Below are positions 59,337 to 59,722 of a stretch of 59,722 bases of DNA, one piece after another. The DNA is taken from NCBI GenBank assembly GCA_965195285.1, contig CBDAFS010000050.1:1-59722 (forward strand). The letters run 5' to 3'. Made by a program: the position numbers and the translations under genes. Source of the DNA: an uncultured Aminicenantes bacterium. GTDB lineage: Bacteria > Acidobacteriota > Aminicenantia > UBA2199. The notes below the pieces were generated by a model. That model ran no database searches, had not been told where the DNA came from, and saw nothing but the letters and a program-made list of their open reading frames with translations. The stretch's first letter is position 1. Every line of letters starts with the position of its first letter.

Positions 59337-59722
59337 TTACTGCTCGACATTCCCGAAATCATCCGGACTCAGGGAATTAAACCATTTATCAAGTTTTTCT
59401 TCGTCTTCCAGGAAATTGGTAAAGAAATCAGACAACACCGAAGAATTATATACATACTCGGTTATATAGATTTTGGATTTGTTTTTCAAGGCAATTGCAA
59501 TGGCATCCGAGGGTCGGCAATCCACAGTAATGACTTCGCCGTTGTACTTGACATAGAGTTCGGCAAAATAAGTATTTTCAACAATATCGGTGACCACAAC
59601 CTTGTCAATTTTAGCATCAAAATGAAACAGAATATTGCGTATCAGATCATGGGTCATTGGCCTAGGGGGGGCGATATTTTCAAGTTCCATGGTGATGGCA
59701 TTGGCTTCAAATCCACCAATCC
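59337..59722 (-). CDS. Bifunctional nuclease (DUF151) family, 5' partial
   Basis: IGGFEANAI, PRPMTHDL and DCRPSDAIAIA; the frame runs off the window end. Confidence 0.92.
   Translation of the reverse strand, partial: IGGFEANAITMELENIAPPRPMTHDLIRNILFHFDAKIDKVVVTDIVENTYFAELYVKYNGEVITVDCRPSDAIAIALKNKSKIYITEYVYNSSVLSDFFTNFLEDEEKLDKWFNSLSPDDFGNVEQ

Overview
Bacterial chromosomal window, mostly housekeeping and accessory genes. The gene content suggests an anaerobic Acidobacteriota/Aminicenantes-like lineage, but this is inference only. The left ~30 kb holds mixed enzymes, signalling and envelope genes: the 3' end of FBP aldolase/phosphatase, a DgkA-PAP2 fusion, a YtrA-type GntR/ABC operon, EndoQ, a DRG-type GTPase, a hybrid kinase, a secreted PepF and others. 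The right ~20 kb is a conserved minus-strand block (DUF1844, TPR, DUF4388, ribF, tig, clpP, clpX, lon, engB, rho, lolA, ECF sigma/anti-sigma, hppA, purC, cvpA, Fis-like, tRNA-Gln, tRNA-Glu). Between them lies an AT-rich ~8.2 kb island integrated in tRNA-Glu(CTC), bounded by an exact 44-bp direct repeat (30986-31029 / 39222-39265). The island carries a truncated tyrosine integrase, a TPR protein with an NHLP/Os1348-leader-like N-terminus, and a WD40 protein that looks like an NLR sensor without its NACHT ATPase. It also carries an inverted-repeat-flanked RAYT/Y1 transposase and a PadR-RRM-DUF1611-D,D-dipeptidase cassette. This island is the best candidate for an undescribed system. All family calls come from motif recognition by eye; no database searches were run.
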